From assembly GCA_963798085.1 (NCBI GenBank), contig CAWCRS010000007.1, positions 1,632,001 to 1,696,000 on the forward strand: 64,000 bases of DNA, given 5' to 3'. The stretch is from an uncultured Gemmatimonadales bacterium (GTDB lineage Bacteria; Gemmatimonadota; Gemmatimonadetes; Longimicrobiales; RSA9). Under the pieces are notes generated by a model, which worked only from the letters and a program-made list of their open reading frames with translations, made no database searches and was not told the DNA's origin. Both the position numbers and the translations under genes were made by a program. This document shows, one piece after another, positions 26,517 through 35,818 of the stretch; position 1 is the first letter of the stretch; the number at the start of each line of letters is the position of its first letter.

Positions 26517-27419
26517 GTGTCATACATCCCGCGATTCTGCAGATCGCTGCTCCAGCGGACGCGTGCTCTGCCGCCCGCGGTCCTGCTGCTGGTCAGTACC
26601 GCACTCCCTGCCGCCGCACAGCTGCAATTGCCCGCACCAGTGGGATACGTCAACGATTTCGCCGGCATCATCCCCGCGGAGCGCGCGCAGCAGATGCAGC
26701 GCATCATCGATGAAGTGCGCCAGAAGTCCGGCGGCGAGATCGTCGTGGTGACACTGTCATCGCTGGAAGGCCGGCCCATCGAGGATGTGGCGCTGCAGAT
26801 CGGTCGCGAGTGGAAGATCGGTCGCAAAGGCGATCCCGGTGATGCGGGGCGCAATACAGGCAGCGTCATTCTGGTCGTACCCAAGGAGAAGTCGCCGGAT
26901 GGCCGCGGCCACGTCTATATCGCCACCGGCCTCGGCACCAACACCTTCATCACCGCCGCGCAGGCCGGTCGTATCCAGGACAATGCCATGGTCCCCGCCT
27001 TCCGTCGCGGCGACTACGGCACCGGCATCCTCCAGGGTGTGGCGGCGGTGGCGGACCGGTACGCGCGCCATTTCGGTTTCGAGCTCACAGGCGGTGCCAC
27101 GCGCCCCGCCAGTCCGCCCGCGAACGGACGCGGCAATGGCCCGGCGGCCGGCATCGGCTTCTTCGCACTGCTCGCGTTTCTTGCTATTCTCAGACTCGTC
27201 ATGCGACGGGGACGCCGCCGCAGGATGGGTGTTCCATCTCCGCTCTTCCTGCCACTGCTCCTGAGCAGCGCCATGCGGGGCGGGCGACGCGGAGGCGGCA
27301 GCTGGGGTGGCTTCGGTGGCTTCGGCGGGGGCGGTGGCGGCGGTCACAATAGCGGTGGGTTCGGCGGGTTCGGAGGCGGGGGCGGTTTTGGGGGCGGGGG
27401 TGCGGGCCGGAGCTGGTGA
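26517..27419 (+). CDS. TPM-domain membrane protein with Gly-rich tail
   Basis: GYVNDFAG, EIVVVT, WKIGRKG, one TM helix, FGGFGGGGGFGGGGAGRSW; start codon uncertain. Confidence 0.88.
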   Translation: MSYIPRFCRSLLQRTRALPPAVLLLVSTALPAAAQLQLPAPVGYVNDFAGIIPAERAQQMQRIIDEVRQKSGGEIVVVTLSSLEGRPIEDVALQIGREWKIGRKGDPGDAGRNTGSVILVVPKEKSPDGRGHVYIATGLGTNTFITAAQAGRIQDNAMVPAFRRGDYGTGILQGVAAVADRYARHFGFELTGGATRPASPPANGRGNGPAAGIGFFALLAFLAILRLVMRRGRRRRMGVPSPLFLPLLLSSAMRGGRRGGGSWGGFGGFGGGGGGGHNSGGFGGFGGGGGFGGGGAGRSW

Positions 27420-27428
27420 GGGAGGGAC

Positions 27429-28146
27429 GTGGATCCACGCACAGCAGCCAGAGAAACGAGCAGCGGACTCGAGCGCGCACTGGGTAACCACCTGCGCGCT
27501 GTCGTGCTGTACGGATCCGTCGCGCGCGGCGAGTTCATTCAAGGCGTAAGCGACATCAACCTGCTGGTGCTGCTGGACGACATCGATACGTCCGCGCTGC
27601 TCAGCGCTGCGCCCGCCGTTGCACGCGGCGCCGAGCGCCACGTCAATCCGCTGATTCTCGAGTGGCAGGATCGGATTCGCGCCGCCGACGTCTTCGGCAT
27701 CGAGCTGCTGGACATGGAGGATGCGCACGAAGTGCTGGTCGGCGTGCATCCTTTTGCCGACGTCGTCGTCCCGCGCCCCGCACTGCGGCTCCAGGCGGAA
27801 CGCGAGCTTCGTTCCAAGCTGCTGGCGCTGCACGCCGGCATGCTGCACACCGCCGCCGATGGCGTGGCGCTGGGTGGCCTGCTCATGGCGGCGCTGCCAT
27901 CCTTTGCGACGTACCTGCGCGCCGTGCTGCGACTCGCACGCGAGCCCGTGCCTGCCACGGCGTCCGGTGTGATTCGACACGCGTGCGGGCACATTGGCGC
28001 CGACCCGGCAGGCCTGCTTGCCGCCGAGCAGCAGCGCCGAACGGCTGCACCCTGGAGGCTGGTTCCCACGGATCCCATCGTCGAGATCCTACCGCGCGGC
28101 CTGTGAACGGGCTGCGTCCTGGATCGACGCGTTCGACGGAGAATGA
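27429..28146 (+). CDS. Pol-beta superfamily nucleotidyltransferase-domain protein (probable frameshift near 28086)
   Basis: VVLYGSVARGEF..VSDINLLV motif; the +1 frame continues SYRAACERAASWIDAF to a stop at 28146. Confidence 0.8.
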
Positions 28147-28152
28147 AGAGCG

Positions 28153-28776
28153 ATGAACGCCCGGCCATCTCCCCTGCGACGACTGCACCGCCCGCTGGCG
28201 ATCACGGCGCTCGCCATGCTCACCGGTTGCGGCTACAACCGCATCCAGGCCCTCGACGAACAGGTCGAGGCGAACCGCGCCAACATCCAGACCGAATTGC
28301 AGCGCCGCAACGATCTGATTCCCAACCTGGTGCAGACTGTGGACGAAGCCGCCAGCTTCGAGAAGACCACGTTCACACAGGTGGCGGAAGCGCGCTCCGG
28401 TCTGACCAGAGCGCGCGAACAGCTGGCGCAGGCGCTCAGCAACAAGGCCCCCGCGGATCAGCTGGGCCCGGCCGCCAATGCGGTGAGCGAGAATCTGCGG
28501 ACATTCCTGAATGTCTCCGTGGAAGCCTACCCCACGCTGACCGCGAACAAGAACTTCACGGGACTGCAGGACGAGCTGACGGAAACAGAGAATCGCATCG
28601 CCGTGGCCCGTCGTGATTACAACGAGGCGGTCCAGCACTACAACACCTTCATCCGGCAGTTCCCGCAGGCCCTTACCGCGAAGGTCACCGGCGCGAAGCG
28701 CAAGGAGCCGTTCGCCGCGCCTTCATCGGCCCAGGAGGCGCCACGCGTGCAGTTCCACCGTGATTCCGGAAGCTGA
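28153..28776 (+). CDS. lemA: LemA family lipoprotein
   Basis: LTGCGYN lipobox, QRRNDLIPNLV, EAYPTL.AN, TENRIAVARRDYN, FP. Confidence 0.95.
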   Translation: MNARPSPLRRLHRPLAITALAMLTGCGYNRIQALDEQVEANRANIQTELQRRNDLIPNLVQTVDEAASFEKTTFTQVAEARSGLTRAREQLAQALSNKAPADQLGPAANAVSENLRTFLNVSVEAYPTLTANKNFTGLQDELTETENRIAVARRDYNEAVQHYNTFIRQFPQALTAKVTGAKRKEPFAAPSSAQEAPRVQFHRDSGS

Positions 28777-28830
28777 GGCCGTGCGCGGGAAGGGAACTCC
28801 CCGCATCACGCAGCCGTAACTGGAGCCGAC

Positions 28831-29700
28831 ATGTACCCGGTGATCTTCCGTATCGGCGGCTTTCCCATCACGAGCTTCGGCGTGATGATGTTCCTGGCGT
28901 TCCTGGCGGGCGCCTGGGCGCTGGGTCAGCAACTCGAGCGCTACGGTCAGCCGCGGCAGCTCGCGTGGGATCTGCTCGCCGGTATCGCCATCGGCGGAAT
29001 CGTCGGCGCCAAGCTCTACTACCTCGGGCTGCACTGGCGCGATGTGGTCGCAGATCCGCTCCACGAGCTGACGAGCCGCGGCGGACTCGTCTGGTACGGC
29101 GGCTTCATCGGCGGCGTGCTCGCCTACTGGTACCAGATCCGCCGGCGCAAGCTGCCCATGGCGCTCATGTTCGACAGCTCCGCGCCGGCACTCGCGCTGG
29201 CCTACGCGGTTGGCAGGATCGGCTGCTTCCTCGTTGGTGACGATTACGGTCTGCCCACCGACAGCTGGGTGGGCGTCATCTTCCCGGCCGGCGCATCGCC
29301 CCCTTCCACGGCCGGCTACCTGCGCTCGGTCGGCGCCCAGATCCCGGCCACGATCCCTGATGCCCAGCTCGTGCCCGTCCACCCGACCCAGCTGTACGAG
29401 ACCGCGCTCGGCCTCATCATGTTTGCCATCCTCTGGCGCCTGGGGAAGAAAACGCACCCGCAAGGGCGACTGTTCGCCGTCTTCATGCTGCTGTATTCGG
29501 TCGAGCGCTTTTTCATCGAATTCGTACGCGCCAAGGGCGATCGCGTGCTGCTCGGCCTCTCCACCTCCCAGCTCGCCAGCATCCTCCTCTTTGCCCTCGC
29601 CGTCGTCCTGATCCTGCGCCAGCGCTCGGCGCCGGCCGCGCCACTCGTCAGCGAGTCAGCCGGCAAGCCCCGGCAGAAGGTGGCGCGACAGGCGGGTTGA
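28831..29700 (+). CDS. lgt: Prolipoprotein diacylglyceryl transferase
   Basis: GGLVWYGG, GRIGCFL.GDDYG, HPTQLYE, RFFIEFVR. Confidence 0.9.
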   Translation: MYPVIFRIGGFPITSFGVMMFLAFLAGAWALGQQLERYGQPRQLAWDLLAGIAIGGIVGAKLYYLGLHWRDVVADPLHELTSRGGLVWYGGFIGGVLAYWYQIRRRKLPMALMFDSSAPALALAYAVGRIGCFLVGDDYGLPTDSWVGVIFPAGASPPSTAGYLRSVGAQIPATIPDAQLVPVHPTQLYETALGLIMFAILWRLGKKTHPQGRLFAVFMLLYSVERFFIEFVRAKGDRVLLGLSTSQLASILLFALAVVLILRQRSAPAAPLVSESAGKPRQKVARQAG

Positions 29701-29702
29701 CG

Positions 29703-29846
29703 ATCTCCACGCGTCGTGGAAAACATGCGTCTTCATTTTCAACGCGACGTGGAACAGTCACGCTTACTCTGTTGTCACCGAGAAAGTTGATCCGCTTGAA
29801 CTCGAGCGTTTTCTATGTGGATGACTTCGTGGATTGCTGTTGAGAA
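29703..29846. promoter_or_regulatory. Cluster of seven DnaA-box-like 9-mers
   Basis: ATCTCCACG 29703, CGTGGAAAA 29715, TTTTCAACG 29736, CGTGGAACA 29748, TGTGGATGA 29816, CGTGGATTG 29828, TGTTGAGAA 29838. Confidence 0.55.
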
Positions 29847-29868
29847 CACGCCGAGGGCAAGAACCCGA

Positions 29869-31596
29869 TCAGCGGACGCGGATGATGCGCTGCGTCTCCG
29901 TGCTGCGATTGCTGGTCGCATCCGTGACGCGCAGCCGGATCACCTGATCGCCCTTCCGACCCTCACGCGACGCCACCTGCACCGTGATCACAGCGCTGCC
30001 CGACGGTGTTGCCTGCGCCATCCATTCGAGTCGGGTCCCGCGTTCCGAATGACCCAGACCAATGCGACCGCCCAGCCACGAGACGACCCGCGAGGGCAGG
30101 GAACCGCGGCTCGCGAGCTCGACCGACAGCTGCACACGGTAAGCTCCCGATGCCGCCAGACCGCTCGCCTCGGCGTACAGGCCGAGCGTATCGCCTGACG
30201 CGACCGTGAGGTCGGCGCGGGGCCGGAAGGTGCTCGCCGAACGTGACGTCGGCGCTGGTTGGTCGCCCCATTGAAAACACACCAGCGGATCGGACAAATG
30301 CGGTCCGCTGGTGCTGTCCTCGTCGATCATGTAGCGCGCGCGGCTGCCCAGGCGGGAGCCCGGATCGAACCCTTCCAGCGAATAAAGCCAGCTGCCCCGC
30401 GGCAATCGGATTTCGTATTCCAGCCGGGCCGTGTCGCCCGTCACCGCGAGCACGGACCGCGTTTCGGTGCGTGGCTCCAGCACACTGTCGAGCACGAAAA
30501 CGCCGGCCTGAATGGAAGCGGCCCCGCTGGCGACCGAGTCGAGGCGGAAGACGCCGTCCAGGCGCAACACCATGGAGTCGCGATCCGGCAGACGCGTCAC
30601 CTGGTGCGGCATGGCAACGAGTCGTCGCACAGTCTCAGGTGCATATCCCGAGCGGCTGCGTTTCCGCGCCAGCTCCCACGGCTGGCCCGGCAGCGGCGGG
30701 GGCGGCGGCCCGCGCTGCAGCAGCTCGAACGGCGTGTACGCCAGTTGTGCGGGATCGTAGTGCTCGACCAGGGAGCCGCTCGCCATGCCCGTCGCCGGCG
30801 TCCGCGTACGGCTGACCGGCACTCCATAACGCACGGTTAGCTGCTCGAGGTCATCGTCCCAGCGCATCATGTCCGCGACCACGGGAGCGCGGGCCAGCAT
30901 GCGGGACACGACATGACGGGCGACGTGCTCGGTCCAGCTCTCGTTCCCCGGGGTGAGATAGAGCGGGTCCGCGAGCGCCCAGAATTCGTGTTCGAAAGTC
31001 TGTCGGCGGGCGGGTGCCAGCTTGTGGTACGCGGAACGCTCCGTCGGGTCGAGCAGCCATTCAATGTCGAGTGTGGTCGCGCGCTCTTTCGGCCCCATGC
31101 GCCCGAGCGCGGCCGAGAACTGGCGCTCGGCCGTCGTGTCATCGCCCGCCGCGTGTGCAGCAAATCCCAGCAGCAACGGACCCCAGAGCGAGTCGCTGGA
31201 TGCGAGCTGGTAGAGACGAGCCGCCGAGGCCGCCTCCGAAGCTCGCCGGTCCTCCACGAGATAGCGGACCAGCGGCGCCGCCGTCGCGAAGTCACCCGGC
31301 AGATAGCTGAAGGCCGCGCGCAGGGACTCGATGGCCGTGCGGCGCGCGTCGACCACCTTGCCGTGCTCGGGATCGGGCTGCGGTTCCTGCGTGTCGTCGT
31401 AGATCAGGCAGAAGCGTCCCACGATCTCGTCGCAGGGTCCGCCGGAGTAACCGAACCGCGTGGGTACCAGTGTGCGCGACAGACGCTCGAACTCGGCTTC
31501 CGCCTTGCGCGCCGAACGGCGCAGCCTGTCGACGGAATCCGCGTTTGCCGGTGGGCCCAGCTGGACGGCGGCAGCGAGCAGAAAGGGAATCAGCAC
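29869..31596 (-). CDS. Exported protein with degenerate GWxTD-like domain
   Basis: FWALADPLYLTPGNESWTEHVAR...LTVRYGVP resembles GWxTD domains; signal peptide; start inferred. Confidence 0.6.
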   Translation of the reverse strand: MLIPFLLAAAVQLGPPANADSVDRLRRSARKAEAEFERLSRTLVPTRFGYSGGPCDEIVGRFCLIYDDTQEPQPDPEHGKVVDARRTAIESLRAAFSYLPGDFATAAPLVRYLVEDRRASEAASAARLYQLASSDSLWGPLLLGFAAHAAGDDTTAERQFSAALGRMGPKERATTLDIEWLLDPTERSAYHKLAPARRQTFEHEFWALADPLYLTPGNESWTEHVARHVVSRMLARAPVVADMMRWDDDLEQLTVRYGVPVSRTRTPATGMASGSLVEHYDPAQLAYTPFELLQRGPPPPPLPGQPWELARKRSRSGYAPETVRRLVAMPHQVTRLPDRDSMVLRLDGVFRLDSVASGAASIQAGVFVLDSVLEPRTETRSVLAVTGDTARLEYEIRLPRGSWLYSLEGFDPGSRLGSRARYMIDEDSTSGPHLSDPLVCFQWGDQPAPTSRSASTFRPRADLTVASGDTLGLYAEASGLAASGAYRVQLSVELASRGSLPSRVVSWLGGRIGLGHSERGTRLEWMAQATPSGSAVITVQVASREGRKGDQVIRLRVTDATSNRSTETQRIIRVR

Positions 31597-31619
31597 GGGG
31601 TCGCTCGCGCGGATTCGGG

Positions 31620-31699
31620 TTGACGAGTTTGCGGGGCGTCGGTATGTTGCCTTGCTGTGATCCAGGCACCGCCCGCACCGCGTTGCGGTAGCGGGCGGT
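31620..31699 (+). promoter_or_regulatory. Sigma-70-like promoter and 5' leader hairpin
   Basis: TTGACG-N17-TATGTT (31620-48); hairpin ACCGCCCGC-ACCGC-gtt-GCGGT-a-GCGGGCGGT (31668-99). Confidence 0.55.
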
Positions 31700-31718
31700 T
31701 GGCACAATCAGGGACCCG

Positions 31719-32429
31719 ATGACTCGAGGTATGGCGCGTCACTCCACCAGACCCGCAGCGCCTACGGCGCCGGCGCCCGATGACGTTTTCGTCGAGCGCG
31801 TTCTCGAGACGTCGGTCTGGGCGAAGCAGAATGCGCGCCTCCTGATCATCATCGGGACCATCGTCGTGCTGCTCGGCGGGTTCCTGCTCTACTACCGTTC
31901 CTACCGCTCGCAGTTGCAGGTGCGGGCAGAAAACGAGCTGACGGCGATCCGACAGACCGTGTCGGCGGGCAACGACGCGCTGGCGGCGAAGGATCTGGAG
32001 ACGTTCCTTGCGGCGCGTGGGTCGAGTCCCGAGGCCACTGAAGCCAGGGTTCTGCTCGGCCGCGTGTACCTCGATACCAATGCCGCGCAGAAGGCGATCG
32101 ATCTGCTTACGCCGGTTGCGAGCGATCTGAAGCAGCCGCTGGGCGTGTCCGCCGCGTTCCTGCTGGCCCAGGCCTACGAAGCCGCCGCCCAGCCGGATCG
32201 CGCCGTCGAGGTCTACCTGCGCATCGGCAGTGGCGCCATGTACGACTTCGAGAAACTGCAGGCGCTGGACGCTGCGGCGCGCGTACGCACGGAGAAAGGC
32301 GACTACAAGGGCGCCATCGACGTGTACGACCGGCTGCTCGGCATGCTCGCGCCCGAGGCGCCGGATCGCCAGGTATACGAGCTGCGCAAGGCCGAGGCCG
32401 CCGCGCGCATGCAGAACGCCAGCCACTGA
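31719..32429 (+). CDS. YfgM-like membrane-anchored TPR protein
   Basis: WAKQN followed by one TM helix and TPR-like helices. Confidence 0.75.
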   Translation: MTRGMARHSTRPAAPTAPAPDDVFVERVLETSVWAKQNARLLIIIGTIVVLLGGFLLYYRSYRSQLQVRAENELTAIRQTVSAGNDALAAKDLETFLAARGSSPEATEARVLLGRVYLDTNAAQKAIDLLTPVASDLKQPLGVSAAFLLAQAYEAAAQPDRAVEVYLRIGSGAMYDFEKLQALDAAARVRTEKGDYKGAIDVYDRLLGMLAPEAPDRQVYELRKAEAAARMQNASH

Positions 32430-32442
32430 AGCCCCGCTCGCC

Positions 32443-34381
32443 TCAGGTCATACCCACGGCCCGCCGCATGGCGGGTGTAATCTTCTGTTTGAGGCGGGAC
32501 CAGCCTTCCCACGGATCCTTGCGCAGTGATGCCAGTCGTTCGTCCACGTTGCGCACGTTGAAGGAATCGGAGCGGATGCCCTCTGCCAGCTCTTCCCAGC
32601 GAACCGGCACAGCCACCGTGGCGCCCGGACGCGCACGCGTCGACCACGCTTCCACGGCGGTGGCGCCACGACCGTTGCGCAGATAATCAATGAGGATGCG
32701 ACCCTTCCGCTTTTCCTTCGAGAATGTTGAGCGTGTAGCGACCGGGATTCGCGGCGGCAACCCGTGCCGCCACCGCGCGCGAGAACTCCTTCACCTCGTC
32801 CCAGTCACCGCCTCGCTGTATGGGCACGACCACGTGCAGCCCCTTGCCGCCGGTCGTCTTGAGAAAGCTCACCAGTCCCAGCTCGCCCAGGTAGCCACGC
32901 ATCTCCAGCACCGCCTCGACCACGCGCAGCCACGGCACGCCGGGATCGGGATCGAAATCCAGCGTGACGCGGTCCGGATGCTCGAGATCCCTGCGTGACG
33001 TGCCCCACGTGTGCACTTCGAGTACACCCAGCTGCGCGAGGGCAACCAGCCCCGCCGCCGATCGCACCATTGCGTAGTTCGCCAGTTCGCCGCCCTCGCG
33101 TATCGGCACCAGCTCGATGGCATCAGGAACGGTGCCCTCGATGTGTTTCTGGTAGAAACAGTCCGCGATGCCGTTGGGGCAGCGCACGAGTGTGAGCGGG
33201 CGGTCGCTCACGAAGGGCAGCATGTGCTCCGCTACCCGCGCGTAGTGCCGCGCCAGCTCGAGCTTGGTAACGCCGGTTTCCGGATACAACACCTTGTCAG
33301 GGTTGCTGATCACGATGCCGGCCACCTCGGACGGATCTTCAGCCGCGCTGCGCGTGCGGCGTGCGGAACGGTTCACCGTCTTGCTGACGACAATGTCATC
33401 GTTCTCCTCGAGCGGGCGTGACGGCAGTCGCACATCGGCGGCGGCCTTGTCCTCGCGCAACGCTTCGAAGGACGGGTGGCGGATCAGTCCATCGTCGGTC
33501 ATCTCCGCGTAGGCGACGACCGCTACCAGTTCCGGCTGCACCCAATGCATGTCGCGCGCCTCGCGCCCGTCCGGGCCATCCACGAACGGCGACTCCGCGC
33601 GTTCCAGCCCATCCAGCCGCTGCCGCAGGGACAGCAGTTGCGCGTCCTTGAAGCCCGTGCCCACGCGTCCGGCAAAGCGCAGCGCACCGGCGTCGTCGTA
33701 GCCACCCAGCAGCAGCGCGCCGAAGCCCTGCCGCGAGCCCCCGGGATCGGTGAAGCCGCCCACCACGAATTCTTCCTTCTTCAGGCACTTCACCTTGAGC
33801 CAGTCGCGGCCACGGCCCGGGCGGTAGGGCGCATCCACACGCTTGCTGATGACACCCTCGAGACCGAGCCGGCAGGCCTGCTCGAACACCTGCCGACCAT
33901 TGCCCAGGAAATGGTCGCTGTACTGCAGCGGGCTGTCAGCGGGAAGTGTTTCGAGCAGCGTGGCCAGCCGCCGCTTGCGCGCGAGCAGCGGCTGCGCCGT
34001 CCAGTCCTCACCTTCCAGATACAGCAGATCGAAAACGAAGTAGCGCAGCGTGCCACCGCGGGCGACGCCGCTGAGGATGTTCTGCAGATCCTGGAAGCTG
34101 GTCCTGCCGTTCGGCCGGATCACGGCCACTTCACCATCCAGCACCGTGTCCGCAGCGGACACCGACTCCAGTGCGCGCACCACGGTAGGGAAGTGGTCCG
34201 ACCAGTCCTTGCCGTTGCGGCTGATCAGCCGGGCCAGCCCGCCTTCCAGTCTGGCCAGGAGGCGGTACCCGTCGTACTTGATCTCGTGCAGCCAGCTGTC
34301 ACCCACAGGCGGAGTCGCGGCAGGCGACGCCAGCTGCGGGATCAGTTCCGGGATCGCGGCGTCCCGCGTCGGTCCGCGCAA
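32443..34381 (-). CDS. ligD: NHEJ DNA ligase D, ligase + polymerase domains (frameshift near 32722)
   Basis: HEIKYDGYR, EGVISK, WLKVK and GRVGTGF; then SNPDKVLYP, DFDP, TTGGKGLH and DYLRNGRGAT. Confidence 0.93.
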
Positions 34382-34388
34382 TCAGCGC

Positions 34389-35327
34389 TCAGGCGGTCTT
34401 CCGGCCACGTCCACGCGCGGCCGGGCGGCTGGTTTCGGACGACGACTTGCGTCCGCCCTTGCTGCGCGCTGCCGGCGCTTCTTCGGCCTCGGCTTCGGCG
34501 GCACCTCCGTCCCCGTGGGCGCCCGCGGAGCGCTCCACACTCCGCTTCAACAGGCTCATGATGTCCACCACTTCGGTGCTCGCCTCCTCCTCGGCTTCGC
34601 CCGTGGCAGCGATGAGCTGCGTATCGCCTGCCTCGATCTTCTTCCGGATCCTCGCCATCACGTCTTCACGGTAGCGGTCCGTGTACTTCTCGGGGGACCA
34701 TTTCTCGACCATCTGCGCCACCAGCATCTCCGCCATCTTCAGCTCTTTCTCACTCACGCCCAGCGCGGCCAGGTCGTTGTTCGGCACCTCGAGATCCTCG
34801 GCGGAGCGCAGCTCGTACGCGAAGCGCAGAATCTCCAGCACCAGCACGTCGCCACGCGCGATGACCGCGGCCAGATGCTCACGCGTTCGAATTACGACAC
34901 GCGCGATGCCGACCTTGCCCGTGCGACGCATGGTCTCACGGAGCAGGGCATATCCCTTGGCAGTCGCGCCGCTGGTCATTGGGGCGAGGAAGTAGGGACG
35001 GTTGTAGTAAAGGGGCAGAATCTCGGCCTCGTCCACGAAGTCGAGGATTTCGACCGTGTGCGACGCCTTCACGTTGGCCTGCTCGAAGTCCTCGTCGGTG
35101 AAGACCACGTAGCGTCCGGGCTCGTACTCATATGCCCGGACGATTTCCTCCCACGGCACCTCGTCGCCCGTGTTCTTGTTGTACCGCTTGTACCCGATGG
35201 GTGCCATCGTCCGCTTGTCGACCTGCGAGAAGGAAACGCCGTCGTCGGACTGCTCCGCGGGGAACAGCCCGACCGGGATGTTCACCAGGCCGAAGCTGAT
35301 GTTGCCTTTCCAGAGGGACCGGGGCAT
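34389..35327 (-). CDS. ku: NHEJ protein Ku
   Basis: MPRSLWKGNISFGLVNIPV, PYFLAP, basic C-terminal tail; AGGAG RBS. Confidence 0.96.
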   Translation of the reverse strand: MPRSLWKGNISFGLVNIPVGLFPAEQSDDGVSFSQVDKRTMAPIGYKRYNKNTGDEVPWEEIVRAYEYEPGRYVVFTDEDFEQANVKASHTVEILDFVDEAEILPLYYNRPYFLAPMTSGATAKGYALLRETMRRTGKVGIARVVIRTREHLAAVIARGDVLVLEILRFAYELRSAEDLEVPNNDLAALGVSEKELKMAEMLVAQMVEKWSPEKYTDRYREDVMARIRKKIEAGDTQLIAATGEAEEEASTEVVDIMSLLKRSVERSAGAHGDGGAAEAEAEEAPAARSKGGRKSSSETSRPAARGRGRKTA

Positions 35328-35619
35328 TGATCGTTCTCCTGCGCAATGGGACCCGAAAAATAGCCGACGACCGCGACGGTTGCCACGACTTCGATGCGCG
35401 CGCATGTGTGACACCGCGGGCGCGACGCATGTTCTGAGCGAATGCCAGGGTCGCTCGCGGCCCGCAGCGTGAGCGGGCGTCGCGTCGTTGAGGGCGCGGC
35501 CTGGAGTCGCTGGGCCAAGCCTTGGCGGCTGCCCGAGCGAAGCCTGGTGATCGCGAGCTGAGCTGGGCGTTGTGCTCGGGCATGATAGGCTCTGCGCTGG
35601 GTGTGGTGCTGGCGGTTGT

Positions 35620-35647
35620 TGTGCGCATAATAGGCATTATGTAAACT
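35620..35647 (+). other. dif: dif site (XerCD chromosome dimer resolution site)
   Basis: TGTGCGCATAA-TAGGCA-TTATGTAAACT versus E. coli GGTGCGCATAA-TGTATA-TTATGTTAAAT (arms 10/11 and 9/11); intergenic; near the gene-orientation switch. Confidence 0.9.
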
Positions 35648-35818
35648 CCAACGCGAAACCTCTGATCGGGAACGGCACCGCTCCGTCCAGGGTCGGCTCC
35701 GCTTCCCGGGGCGCCGACGCCCGGTCAGTTACAGGAAGACAAACGATGATGTGTCAAACATTTGAGCTATGGGAATTAACGCAGATTCGAGGGTCGGCCG
35801 ATGGCAGGAATGAATATT

